A DNA stretch of 64,000 bases from Terriglobia bacterium. Its GTDB lineage: Bacteria; Acidobacteriota; Terriglobia; 20CM-2-55-15. The stretch is from assembly GCA_965198225.1 (NCBI GenBank), contig CBDAOY010000005.1, forward strand, positions 480,001 to 544,000. Direction: 5' to 3'. The notes beneath the pieces are model-generated. The model was not told where the DNA came from and searched no databases. It worked only from the letters and a program-made list of their open reading frames with translations. Within the stretch, counting starts at the first letter, position 1. Each line of letters starts with the position of its first letter. The translations under genes and the position numbers were made by a program. Of this stretch, positions 32,290 to 42,138 are shown one piece after another.

Positions 32290-33741
32290 TCACTTTAGCA
32301 TCCGCTTCAATACCTTGCCCGTTGGGTTGCGGGGGAGGTCTGGAACGATCTCGAAGGCCTTGGGGACCTTGTAGGCAGCCACCCGCTCCTTGCAGAAACT
32401 CCGCAACTGCTTGTCGTCAATCGCGGCGCCTTCCTCTGGGATCACGAACGCCTTGGGCACTTCGCCCCGCACCGCGTCCGGAATTCCGATAACCGCCACT
32501 TCTTTCACCGACGGATGCTGGCCGAGGGCTTCTTCGATTTCGCGCGGGTAGATATTCTCTCCGGCCGAAATGATGAGATCCTTCTTGCGGCCGGTGATGG
32601 TGACGTACCCCTCCGCGTCCATGTACCCGAGATCTCCGGTGTGCAACCAGCCATCGGTGATGGTCTTGGCTGTTTCTTCGGGGAGATCATGGTATCCCGC
32701 CATCACGTTCTTGCCGCGGACCATGATCTCGCCAACCTCTCCCGGAGTGAGGGGCTTGTTCTGATCATCCCGTATGGCTATTTCAACGTTGGGCAGCGCA
32801 CGGCCCACGGTGCCGAGCTTGCGTCCACCGGGAACGTTCAGAGAAACAACCGGGGCCGCCTCGGTCTGGCCGTAACCCTCGAAGATGTCGACTCCAAATC
32901 GTTTCTGAAATGCTTCGGCCACGGCCACCGGAAGTGGCTCCCCACCGGAAATCGGAAAACGTACCGAACTGAAGTCAAAATCTCCCTCGGTCGCGGCAAG
33001 TACCCGGTACATCGAGGGGATCGCCAGAAAGCAGGTCGTCCCATGCTCGGCGATCAGGTTCAGCACCTTCAGCGGCTGGAAGCGGTCCACCAGGACCATC
33101 TTCGCGGCGTTGAGCATCGGCAGCAGGAATGTTCCCGTGATGGCATAAGTGTGGGAGAACGGTAACAGACACAGGACACTGTCGTTCTCGTCGAAGTTCC
33201 CCGCCTTCTGGCAGGAGTCCACGTTTGCCGTCAGGTTCTCGTGGGTCAGGACCACCCCCTTGGGCCGCCCCGTCGTCCCTGACGTATACAGGAGCAACGC
33301 GGGATCCTGGTCGCCGCCACCGTCGGGACCACCGGCGGGAACGAAGTCGGGGTCGTCGGCCATCAGGATCTTGCCCCGGGTGTCAAACAACGGCCGAATC
33401 TTCGTCACCGCCTCGTCGGAAAACTTCGAAGCAATGAGTCCCGACATGCCGGAATCCTGGAGTATGAAACCCAGATCATGGGGCGGAAGCAAATAGTTGA
33501 GGGGCACCGCCGTCTTCCCCGCGCGCCAGATGGCGAGCATGGAGACCAGGTAGCGTTACGAGTTAAGCAACAGGATTCCGACGGTGTTTCCCGGCACCTC
33601 ATCGCGGATTCTGGCTGAAAGGCGACGCGCCTCATCGTCGAGTTGGCCGAATGTCCACGACCGGCCGGCTTCGTCAACGAGCGCGGTGCGGGAGCGGTTC
33701 TTCCCGACCGCTTGATCGAACTTCTCGGAGAGAAAAGGCAT
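32290..33741 (-). pseudogene. Long-chain acyl-CoA ligase (AMP-binding) with in-frame TAA at 33556-33558
   Basis: YTSGTTGRPKG, EGYGQTE, LHTGD and GKVLK; ...LLNS-TAA-RYLVSM... is in one frame. Confidence 0.88.
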
Positions 33742-34129
33742 GGATGACCTCCGTCAATTTGGAGGGTTATATCATCGCATGCCGCACCAGCTGCTGCTTC
33801 CCGCTGATCGGCGGGTGTGGGCCACGTGAATGGGGATACCGTCCAGATCACGGAAACAGAACGAACTGACGCGGGTCCAGTGCATCTTCGGTTGGGCCGC
33901 CCGTTCCAGGCCCAGATGCTTCGTCCCGAAACAGGCCACTTCGGCAGCTTCCCTGCCGCCCTCGTTTCTGTAGCCCGGACTCAAACCAGACTTGACAGAA
34001 CCGTCCGCTCAGATCGTGCATATCACACGCCCGGCTTCCCCGCGACTCTTAGCGAAGAGTGGAGTAAATGTTCCGTTGGAGTTGAAGCCGCAGCGTTTCG
34101 CAACGGTCCCTTCTTTTGTTCCTTTGAGA

Positions 34130-34385
34130 GGATAATATTGAAGTGTCGCTAAGGCGCTCCCTATATCCGCTGGACGAGATACTGCTTCGGGTCTTGTGTC
34201 TCACTGGCTTTATAGGACGCTCCCCGGGTTCAGGTCGAAGCGACTCACGCCGACATTGCCGATGGGGGAAGCAGATCAACACGGCCCAACTCCAACGGTA
34301 CTACGTAAAACGGTTACAGAGATTCGGGTTGAAGGTCGCTGTAGAACCTGTGCCGGAGGTAGACTGAGGGACATTTTTGAAGGTG
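34130..34385 (+). mobile_element. Probable IS110-family remnant: non-coding end fused to the last ~30 transposase codons
   Basis: QINTAQLQRYYVKRLQRFGLKVAVEPV* resembles the C-terminus of one IS110 subgroup; structured non-coding sequence precedes it. Confidence 0.45.
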
Positions 34386-34478
34386 GAGGAGAAATCGTTG
34401 GGCAATCTCCAACGCTGCCGGGCCTGTATGCGACGATTCCGACGATGACATCTTGACCGCGGGTGCCATGATTCCAAA

Positions 34479-37226
34479 ATGACACAGCGCTCCCTCGACA
34501 GCATCTCCAACACCGACTCCACACTCGTCTGTGGGTTGACGCCAAGTGGGCACATCGAGGTCCGACCCGAATTGACCAATGGGGACCCAACGATGCCCGC
34601 TGCCACGCAACAACGAATCCTCAAAGCATTCGGCACCGGGCGCGGACACGGCGTTCTGCACCTGGGCGCGGGAGAACTGGGCCGCGACCTCCATCCAACG
34701 CTATCGTACTGGCGTGACATCGGGCAGGCCTTCGTGGCCCGCGCATGCGGTGAGCTCGACCCCACCGACCCGAGTTCCCTCGTCCTGCCGCAGTCAGACT
34801 CTGACGAGATTTCGGCATTTGTCCAGGCCGCGCCCCCCATGCGGGGCGCGGAGTTGATCGGACCCCCACTGCTCGAAGACCTCTGGTTCGACATTGGCAA
34901 GGCCCTCGTCGCCGAAGCTGCGAGGTTCAAGGACGGAGTCCAAGGGTACCTCAGGGAGCAAAGCTCGGTTTGGAACGTGGTCGGCCGGGTCTGCTTCCAC
35001 CTGGCCGAGAACAAGCAAGAACCGGACTTCCCCTTCGCGTTTATCGCGACGTACGTCCACAAGGTTTCGATCGAGGCCAAGCCCCAGCACCTCCCGCTCG
35101 GTCGGGCGCTCAAGGATTACGCCGGAGCCAGAAACCGCCAAAAACTACTCTCACTGCTGTCTCCTCTGTCGCGCGCTGCTGGGCAAAGTGATCTCATCCG
35201 CGAGCTTGTCGACTCAGGAGACATCTATCATCCACTGTCCTGGACGCCAGGGGAGGCGCATCGTTTCCTCAGCGATACCGCGTTGTACCAGAAGGCCGGC
35301 CTGGTCGTGCGTATGCCCGACTGGTGGAATGCCCGAGACCGGCACCGGCCTAAAGTCTCGGTGACGGTGGGCGGCAAGGTGCCTTCGAAACTCGGCATGG
35401 AGGCGCTGCTGGATTTTGACGTCAGGCTCACCGCCGATGGCAAGACCCTGTCGCAAAAGGAGATGGAGGACTTGCTCGGCTCCACCGAAGGGCTCGTGTT
35501 GATCAAGGGCAAGTGGGTCGAGGTCGACCGCGACAAACTCGGCCAAGTTCTCGCACAGTGGCGGAATGTCCAGCAGCAGGCTGAAGCGGGCGGAGTCCGC
35601 TTCGGCGAGGCCATGCGCATGCTGGCCGGCGTTCAACTCGATGATGGTGAGGCCGACAACGCCACGGACGCTCGACGGGAGTGGTCGGAGGTAATCGCTG
35701 GCAAGTGGCTCTCATCCAAGATCGATGCGCTCCGTCGACCCGGATGGAAAACCGCAATTGACGCCAGCGCTGGACTCAAGACGGATCTTCGTCCTTACCA
35801 GAAACTCGGCGTCCGGTGGCTTTGGACGCTGCGTAGCCTGGGGCTCGGCGGCTGCCTGGCCGACGACATGGGCCTCGGCAAGACAATCCAGGTGCTGGCG
35901 GTTCTCTCTCTGAGCCTGCGCAACAAGGAAGCGGGCGCCGATTTGCTCGTGGTTCCTGCATCGATCATCGACAACTGGAGCCTGGAGATTGAGCGATTCG
36001 CCCCGGAATTGAAGGTGCTGATCGCGCATCCGTCGCGCATCCCCTCAACCGATCTCAGGAAGCTGTCAAAAGAGGAAGTGGAGGCGCACGACGCGGTGAT
36101 TACCACCTACGGTACGGCCACGCGGACCGACTGGATGAAAACCCATCCATGGCGGACCGTGATCCTAGACGAGGCCCAAGCCATCAAGAACCCGGGTGCC
36201 AAGCAGACCCGGGCAGTCAAGGCGCTGCAATCGAAATGGCGTCTGGCTCTGACGGGAACGCCGGTGGAGAATCGGCTCGGCGATCTGTGGTCGATCTTCG
36301 ACTTTCTAAACCCGGGACTTCTAGGGTCGGCCAAAAAGTTCAACGCGTTCTCGAAATCCATGGCGTCAGGCAAGCAGGGCGGCTACGCACCGCTACGCAG
36401 GCTGGTGCAGCCTTACATCCTGCGCAGGCTCAAAAGCGACAAGAGCATCATCGCGGATCTGCCTGACAAGACCGAAGTCAATGCCTATTGCGGGTTGACC
36501 CAGCGCCAGGCCTTGCTCTACCAGCAGTCGGTTGAAGAAATGAAGAGAACCATTGAGGCGCTGGGCGGTATCGAGCGGCGGGGCGTAGTTCTGGCCTTTT
36601 TGATGCGCCTCAAACAGATCTGCAACCACCCGTCCCAGTGGCTGGGTGACGGAAAGTACCAGCCGGCGGATAGCGGCAAGTTCTCACGACTGCGCGAGCT
36701 ATGCGAGACCGTTGCCGCCCGACAGGACAAGGTGCTGGTGTTCACTCAGTTTCGCGGAATGACCGGGCCGCTCGCGGGCTTCCTTGCTGAGATCTTCGGG
36801 CGCAAAGGCCTCGTTCTGCACGGAGGCACACCAGTCCGGAAACGACAGGAGCTCGTTGAGAGTTTCCAGGGCAATGACTGGATTCCGTTCATGGCACTCT
36901 CACTCAAGGCGGGCGGCACCGGGCTCAACCTCACGGCAGCGTCCCACGTGATCCACTTCGACCGCTGGTGGAACCCCGCCGTCGAGAACCAGGCTACCGA
37001 CCGAGCCTTTCGTATTGGCCAGAAGGAAAACGTCCTCGTCCACAAGTTCCTCTGCAGGGGCACAGTGGAGGAGCGTATCGACGAGCTGATCGCCGGCAAG
37101 CAGAAGCTCTCCGATGAGATCCTGTCGGTGGGAGCTGAGTCGGTATTGACCGAGCTCAGCAACGAGGAGTTGATCTCCATCGTGTCGCTCAACGTAAGCA
37201 GCTCTCTCGAAGTGTCGCAGGCATGA
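34479..37226 (+). CDS. SNF2-family helicase/ATPase
   Basis: LADDMGLGKT, DEAQ, LTGTPVEN, SLKAGGTGLNL and QATDRAFRIGQ. Confidence 0.95.
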   Translation: MTQRSLDSISNTDSTLVCGLTPSGHIEVRPELTNGDPTMPAATQQRILKAFGTGRGHGVLHLGAGELGRDLHPTLSYWRDIGQAFVARACGELDPTDPSSLVLPQSDSDEISAFVQAAPPMRGAELIGPPLLEDLWFDIGKALVAEAARFKDGVQGYLREQSSVWNVVGRVCFHLAENKQEPDFPFAFIATYVHKVSIEAKPQHLPLGRALKDYAGARNRQKLLSLLSPLSRAAGQSDLIRELVDSGDIYHPLSWTPGEAHRFLSDTALYQKAGLVVRMPDWWNARDRHRPKVSVTVGGKVPSKLGMEALLDFDVRLTADGKTLSQKEMEDLLGSTEGLVLIKGKWVEVDRDKLGQVLAQWRNVQQQAEAGGVRFGEAMRMLAGVQLDDGEADNATDARREWSEVIAGKWLSSKIDALRRPGWKTAIDASAGLKTDLRPYQKLGVRWLWTLRSLGLGGCLADDMGLGKTIQVLAVLSLSLRNKEAGADLLVVPASIIDNWSLEIERFAPELKVLIAHPSRIPSTDLRKLSKEEVEAHDAVITTYGTATRTDWMKTHPWRTVILDEAQAIKNPGAKQTRAVKALQSKWRLALTGTPVENRLGDLWSIFDFLNPGLLGSAKKFNAFSKSMASGKQGGYAPLRRLVQPYILRRLKSDKSIIADLPDKTEVNAYCGLTQRQALLYQQSVEEMKRTIEALGGIERRGVVLAFLMRLKQICNHPSQWLGDGKYQPADSGKFSRLRELCETVAARQDKVLVFTQFRGMTGPLAGFLAEIFGRKGLVLHGGTPVRKRQELVESFQGNDWIPFMALSLKAGGTGLNLTAASHVIHFDRWWNPAVENQATDRAFRIGQKENVLVHKFLCRGTVEERIDELIAGKQKLSDEILSVGAESVLTELSNEELISIVSLNVSSSLEVSQA

Positions 37227-37250
37227 ACGGCACCGTAGCGAGGTAGGACA

Positions 37251-38243
37251 ATGGACTGGTACTCATGGCGCCCGTATGTTTCTGCAGCCGAGCGCCGCCG
37301 CAAGGCACTGGAAACAATCCTCAAGATGAAGAAAGCCGGACGGGAACTCTCGCCGGTCGAGGTCGCCAGCCGCAAGATAGCTTCGACCTTCTGGGGCGAC
37401 GCCTGGTGCAGGAACCTTGAGTCCTATAGCGACTATGCCAATCGCTTGCCGCGTGGGCGGACCTATCTGCGCAACCGTTCAGTGATCGATTTGCAGATCG
37501 AGGCCAGGCGTGTACGCGCACTGGTCAGCGGCTCAGACATCTACGAAATAGACATCCGGATAAAGCCGCTCGCGAAGCGCCGATGGACCGAGATCAAGGG
37601 CCAGTGTGCGGGTCAGATCAATTCGCTGGTGGAGCTGCTGCGGGGGGCCATATCCAAAAGTGTAATGGAGATCGTGACTTTCAAAGGCAAGGGGCTGTTT
37701 CCGTCCCCCAAAGAGATTTCGTTGAACTGCTCGTGCCCGGACTGGGCCACCATGTGCAAGCATGTGGCGGCCACTCTATACGGTGTAGGTGCTCGCCTGG
37801 ACCGCGAGCCCGAGATGTTATTCACCTTGCGAGGAGTCGACCCCACCGAGATGCTCGCCGCCGCCGTTGATCAGCCAGCGCCCGTGGGCAAGCCCAAGAA
37901 GAGCCGGGCCCTTGCATTAGACGACCTGTCTTCAGTCTTCGGTGTCGATATCGACGGAACCTCGTCGGAAGATGCGGCAAAGCCAACCCATATCGCCACA
38001 CGCACTACGAGGACCCGAAAACGACTAAAGGCTACGAAGAACAGTAAGGCCCAGGTAAGACCGGGGGCCAAGAAATCAGCAAATCAAGCCACTGGCAAAA
38101 AGGCTCCGACCCGGAAGCAGGTTTCGACTCAGAAAGCGATCTCCAACAGAAAGACATCCTCGAGGAAACAGACAGCGAAGGGGGCTGGCAAGAAGGCCAG
38201 GGGCCGGAAGACCTCTACCGTGAAACCTACTGCGAAAACGTAG
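37251..38243 (+). CDS. SWIM zinc finger protein with Lys-rich tail
   Basis: RLPRGRTY and CSCPDWATMCKH; directly follows the SNF2 gene. Confidence 0.92.
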   Translation: MDWYSWRPYVSAAERRRKALETILKMKKAGRELSPVEVASRKIASTFWGDAWCRNLESYSDYANRLPRGRTYLRNRSVIDLQIEARRVRALVSGSDIYEIDIRIKPLAKRRWTEIKGQCAGQINSLVELLRGAISKSVMEIVTFKGKGLFPSPKEISLNCSCPDWATMCKHVAATLYGVGARLDREPEMLFTLRGVDPTEMLAAAVDQPAPVGKPKKSRALALDDLSSVFGVDIDGTSSEDAAKPTHIATRTTRTRKRLKATKNSKAQVRPGAKKSANQATGKKAPTRKQVSTQKAISNRKTSSRKQTAKGAGKKARGRKTSTVKPTAKT

Positions 38244-38263
38244 TGTCCGTCAGGATGAAACGC

Positions 38264-39458
38264 TAGTCTCCTGTCCCAATGGTTCGTGACATAAATTATC
38301 CCTGCTCAGCGGGTCGTGTGCGCTGGGCGAAACGTGCGATGCTGGCCAGAATATCGTCGGCAGTCCGGGTCCAAACGAAGGGATTGGGATCTTCGTTGTG
38401 CACGTCGATGTAGTCGCGAATGGCGGCTTCCAATTCCTTCACGCTTCGGAATATCCCACGACGAATCCGTTTGTTGGTGATCTCAGCAAACCAGCGCTCG
38501 ACCAGATTGATCCAGGAGCCATAGGTCGGGGTGAAGTGGGCGTGAAAACGAGGGCGCTTCGCAAACCATTTCCGAATGATGACCGTCTTGTGCGTCCCGT
38601 AGTTATCCATCACGATGTGAATGTCCAAATCAGCGGGCACGTTCGCCTCGATCGTATCCAGGAATTTGCGGAATTCCTGAGAACGGTGACGGCGATGCAA
38701 TTGACCGATGACGCGGTTGGTCTTCAACTCCAGGGCCGCGAACAGAGACGTCGTTCCATGGCGTTTGTAATCGTGCGTGCGGCGCTCCAGTTGTCCGGGC
38801 CGCATGGGCCGCATCGGCTGCGCACGATCCAGCGCTTGAATCTGGCTCTTTTCATCGACGCATAAGACCAGCGCGTGATCCGGTGGGTTCATGTACAGTC
38901 CCACGATGTCCCGCACCTTCTCGACCAACAACGGGTCGGGTGACAGCTTGAATGTCTCCACACGATGCGGCTGTAATCCAAACGCCCGCCAGATCCGGCT
39001 GATCGTCATGCGGCTCAGCCCACTGGCTTTCGCCAGTTCACGTGTACTCCAATGCGTCTGCCCCCGCGGTGTGCTCTCCAACGTCTTAATGATGACCTGC
39101 TCGATTTGCTCATCACTGACTTTACGAGGCGCTCCCGGGCGCGGCTCATCATACAGCCCTTCCAGACGTGACTCGAGAAACCGCGCACGCCATTTGCCCA
39201 CCATGCCCAGCGAGCAACGCAGTTTCTTTGCGACCACTTTGTTATCCAATCCTTCCGCGCAGGCCAGCACCACTCGGGCCCGTCGCGCCACTAACGACTG
39301 ACTGCGCGAACGGTGCGCCAACGACTGGAGTCGCTCACGCTCTTCTTCGGTTAACATCAATGGTTGTTTGGGACGACCGGTTCGCATCTAAGACCTCCTC
39401 GGATCTTAGTACGAAACAGGCCTCTAATTAGTTCAATTATTTCTGGGACAGGAGACTA
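38264..39458 (-). mobile_element. IS630-family element
   Basis: Perfect IR TAGTCTCCTGTCCCA / TGGGACAGGAGACTA with TA target. Confidence 0.92.
38296..39387 (-). CDS. IS630 family transposase
   Basis: [26 protein letters not shown] and [10 protein letters not shown]. Confidence 0.95.
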   Translation of the reverse strand: MRTGRPKQPLMLTEEERERLQSLAHRSRSQSLVARRARVVLACAEGLDNKVVAKKLRCSLGMVGKWRARFLESRLEGLYDEPRPGAPRKVSDEQIEQVIIKTLESTPRGQTHWSTRELAKASGLSRMTISRIWRAFGLQPHRVETFKLSPDPLLVEKVRDIVGLYMNPPDHALVLCVDEKSQIQALDRAQPMRPMRPGQLERRTHDYKRHGTTSLFAALELKTNRVIGQLHRRHRSQEFRKFLDTIEANVPADLDIHIVMDNYGTHKTVIIRKWFAKRPRFHAHFTPTYGSWINLVERWFAEITNKRIRRGIFRSVKELEAAIRDYIDVHNEDPNPFVWTRTADDILASIARFAQRTRPAEQG

Positions 39459-39545
39459 GCAGTCCGAGGTTAAAGTCGGACCCAAAACGTCAAAGGGACC
39501 GTGCGCGTCCGTATCGCGAAGAGAATGACGAGAGGAGAACGCGAT

Positions 39546-39710
39546 ATGGGACTGGGACGGAAGAAGCGTCGGCAAGATTCGCGCTGGATCGCGATGCAGG
39601 AACTGCCGCGGACGAGCGGCCATGTTTTTTATGAACGGGTGAACCGCACTCTCGAAGAGAACGGGTTCGACCGATTCGTCGAGGACGCCTGCCAGAAGTT
39701 CTATGCACCG
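39546..39710 (+). pseudogene. N-terminal fragment of an IS1182/IS5-like (DUF772-type) transposase
   Basis: MGLGRKKRRQ..W...LPRTSGHVFYERVN..L...GFDRFVEDACQKFYA. Confidence 0.65.
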
Positions 39711-39727
39711 ATCTGCCTGATACCCTA

Positions 39728-39796
39728 GTGTTCACGATCGCCGGAATCCCGTTCAGGCTGCCCGGAATCGGTGTTCAGGATGGGCCGGAATACGCA
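39728..39796. mobile_element. Isolated IS21-family terminus
   Basis: Minus strand TGCGTATTCCGGCCCATCCTGAACACCGATTCCGG with internal repeats. Confidence 0.65.
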
Positions 39797-39967
39797 GCAA
39801 TCGCTCGGAATACGCAACCGACACTGGAGCGCAGGGAGCTTCGATCGTGAGAGAAGAACGAAGACTTTGCAACCGAGCCGCGGATTTGAGTACCCTGACC
39901 GTGCAGGGATGGCCAAAAATGAAATCCCGATTTACTTTCTGTGGATGAAGTAGGAGCCCGATAGAAC

Positions 39968-40549
39968 ATGACCCAGAGTGAAGGATTGTTTGAAGAGAAA
40001 AGCAAGAGCCTGGAAGAGGAATGTTTTCACCGAGAGAATCAGCGCCAGCTGGAGAATCTGCGCCAGGTGCGCGTCATGGAACAATCCAGGGAGGAATTGT
40101 CTCAGGCTTCGGGTATCCAGAACGAGGCCATCCTGGATCGTCTTCTGGAACTGGGGATTACCGCTCAGACGGTGGCAGCCTTGACGGTGGTGCCCTTGGT
40201 CGAGGTAGTTTGGGCTGATGGTCATCTGGATGAAAAGGAAAAGCAGGCCTTCTTGCAGGCTGCTGATCAATTAGGACTCTCCGCAGGGAGCGTCAACTAC
40301 GATCTGTTGGAAGGCTGGCTATCCAAACGGCCCGATCGCCGTCTGCGCCAGGCTTGGCGGGAGTATATCCAGGGGCTGTGCGACGAATTGAATCCCGAGC
40401 AACGAGAGGCCTTGAAGTCAGACCTGCTGAGGCGAGCGCGGGATATGGCCGAGGCCAGCGGGGGCATTCTGGGCCTGGGCTCCAAGATATCGAAGGCAGA
40501 GATGGATACGTTGGAAGAACTGGCAGATGCCTTTCCCAGCCCGGACTAG
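39968..40549 (+). CDS. Hypothetical helical protein, TerB-like
   Basis: VPLVEVVWADGHLDEKEK and AEASGGILGLG.KIS..E; AGGAG RBS. Confidence 0.7.
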   Translation: MTQSEGLFEEKSKSLEEECFHRENQRQLENLRQVRVMEQSREELSQASGIQNEAILDRLLELGITAQTVAALTVVPLVEVVWADGHLDEKEKQAFLQAADQLGLSAGSVNYDLLEGWLSKRPDRRLRQAWREYIQGLCDELNPEQREALKSDLLRRARDMAEASGGILGLGSKISKAEMDTLEELADAFPSPD

Positions 40550-40760
40550 CGTGACCTCGGTCCCGGACGAAACACATCAAGGTAAATCGTTTTCCAATAC
40601 TAAGTTATTGATTTCTTGTTCTGGTGCATTGGCGGTCGCAGCAGCGCGGAGAGTCGGCCTGGGCTGATCGGCGGTGCCGGTAAGGCCGCCCTGGAGCGGA
40701 GGGCAGGCTGGAGATCCCCGTCTCGTTCAGGAGGCATTTGATACGTATGATAATGTCCTT

Positions 40761-41043
40761 TGAACTAAGCCGCAGGCGCTCGGATGCTACATGTGTGGTA
40801 TGGTCTGGTGCGATCAGACGATGAAGGTATTTCGCAAATCACGCCCCAACGTGAGTCACTTTTCGACACAAAGTCGTAAGCCGTTCATTAAAAGCCGGTT
40901 AAAATTGAAAACCCATAGGCGCTGGCCCGCATCCTCTTAACGCGCCTCCGGCTCACTTCAAAGCATTCTATCCGACATCGCCCGGCATCATTTTCTGTCA
41001 CTGTCGGTGCCTGACGATCTCCGATAGAATCATGGCGTTTATC
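40761..41043. repeat. 283-bp direct repeat, copy 1
   Basis: Near-identical to 60744-61026 (one mismatch seen by eye). Confidence 0.95.
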
Positions 41044-41132
41044 ATTCATATTAAAGCCCACCCCGCCAGTCTACCGAAAATCATATGATGCCGGATCGCG
41101 GCCTCACCTTGAGTAGAATCGGAGCCCGCACG

Positions 41133-41310
41133 ATGCCTCGAAAACCGGCGGGGGTTCACAGACTTCCGGAAATTCTCAACGTGCTCGACCACATGGACGC
41201 GAGTCACCGCGACCGCCAGGGGGTCGAGAAACTCTTCGGCGTCGGTGAGCGCCGCGCCCGGCAATTGATGGCCGGGTTTTCCGGCATCCGGGCCGGCAAC
41301 GCTGGGCCGC
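41133..41310 (+). pseudogene. Truncated HTH-like protein following the repeat
   Basis: MPRKPAGVHRLPEILNVL...DRQGVEKLFGVGERRARQLM; paralogous start at 61115. Confidence 0.5.
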
Positions 41311-41428
41311 GAACCATGACCTTCGACCGAAAGGTCCGAAACCTATGTCGCATCCGGGGCGGTTCACAGTGTCGTTCGAGACAACTGAAGTTCGCGCGGG
41401 CCTTCACGGGGCGATGCGTTGTTCTCAA

Positions 41429-41629
41429 TCAGCTGACCTTGCGTTTCGCGATCAACTCCCGAACTTCTGGAACGAGATCAACTGGAACTTCGACCGCCGT
41501 GTGAGTGGTACTCTCAAATGCAGCTTCGTCCTCCGCGACGGCTTCCTCGTCGCTTTGTGTTTCGTAGTGTTCGAGTACCTGTTGGACCCTGCTCTCGTCC
41601 CACCCGGCCGGAAAGTGCTTCTTACTCAT
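41429..41629 (-). CDS. Putative antitoxin of a type II TA pair
   Basis: 66-aa acidic protein overlapping the upstream gene (ATGA). Confidence 0.65.
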   Translation of the reverse strand: MSKKHFPAGWDESRVQQVLEHYETQSDEEAVAEDEAAFESTTHTAVEVPVDLVPEVRELIAKRKVS

Positions 41630-41907
41630 TGTGCCCTCTTACGTCTGCGGCGAAGAGCTCGCCTCGCCTTTGGTCCGAGTTCGTACGCAGTGATCACGAA
41701 GACCGAGTTCGGAATGGGATCTGGAACGTAAACGATCCTTAAATAACGGCCTTCGGCCGTTTGGCCGAGCGCGATTCTCGCTCCTCCCTCTCCGGGCCGG
41801 TCTTCCATTGGACGATCAAGGACTGCCTCAACTTCGTATTCGGACACGTTGTGACCGTAGATGTGAGGTTGTCCACTTCTGGGATCATCGTAATAGCGCG
41901 CCTGCAT
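41626..41907 (-). CDS. Putative BrnT/DUF4258-like toxin
   Basis: HIYGHNVSEYEVEAVL...ALGQTAEGRYLRIVY...VITAY. Confidence 0.7.
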   Translation of the reverse strand: MQARYYDDPRSGQPHIYGHNVSEYEVEAVLDRPMEDRPGEGGARIALGQTAEGRYLRIVYVPDPIPNSVFVITAYELGPKARRALRRRRKRAQ

Positions 41908-42138
41908 GGAAATATTCTACATTGCTGCCTCTCGCTGAAACCGTCCGAAGCAACGGCCTTGGATGGATTAGCATATTCTTAGTGATCAGGGTAGCAGGGC
42001 GGGGTTGCACCCTCCCTGCACCGACTATCCATGCGAAAGTGTTATTGCCGTTGGAGAGGGCAAGAGATCGAGTTCATCGGACGAACTGAAAGCCCCAAGC
42101 TCCGAAACGTCATACAAGCTACCGAAGCCAAGGGACGC

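Noticed and set aside
33556-33558. In-frame TAA in the acyl-CoA ligase as recoding
   Set aside because: A simple nonsense change (e.g. CAA to TAA) explains it; no recoding signal
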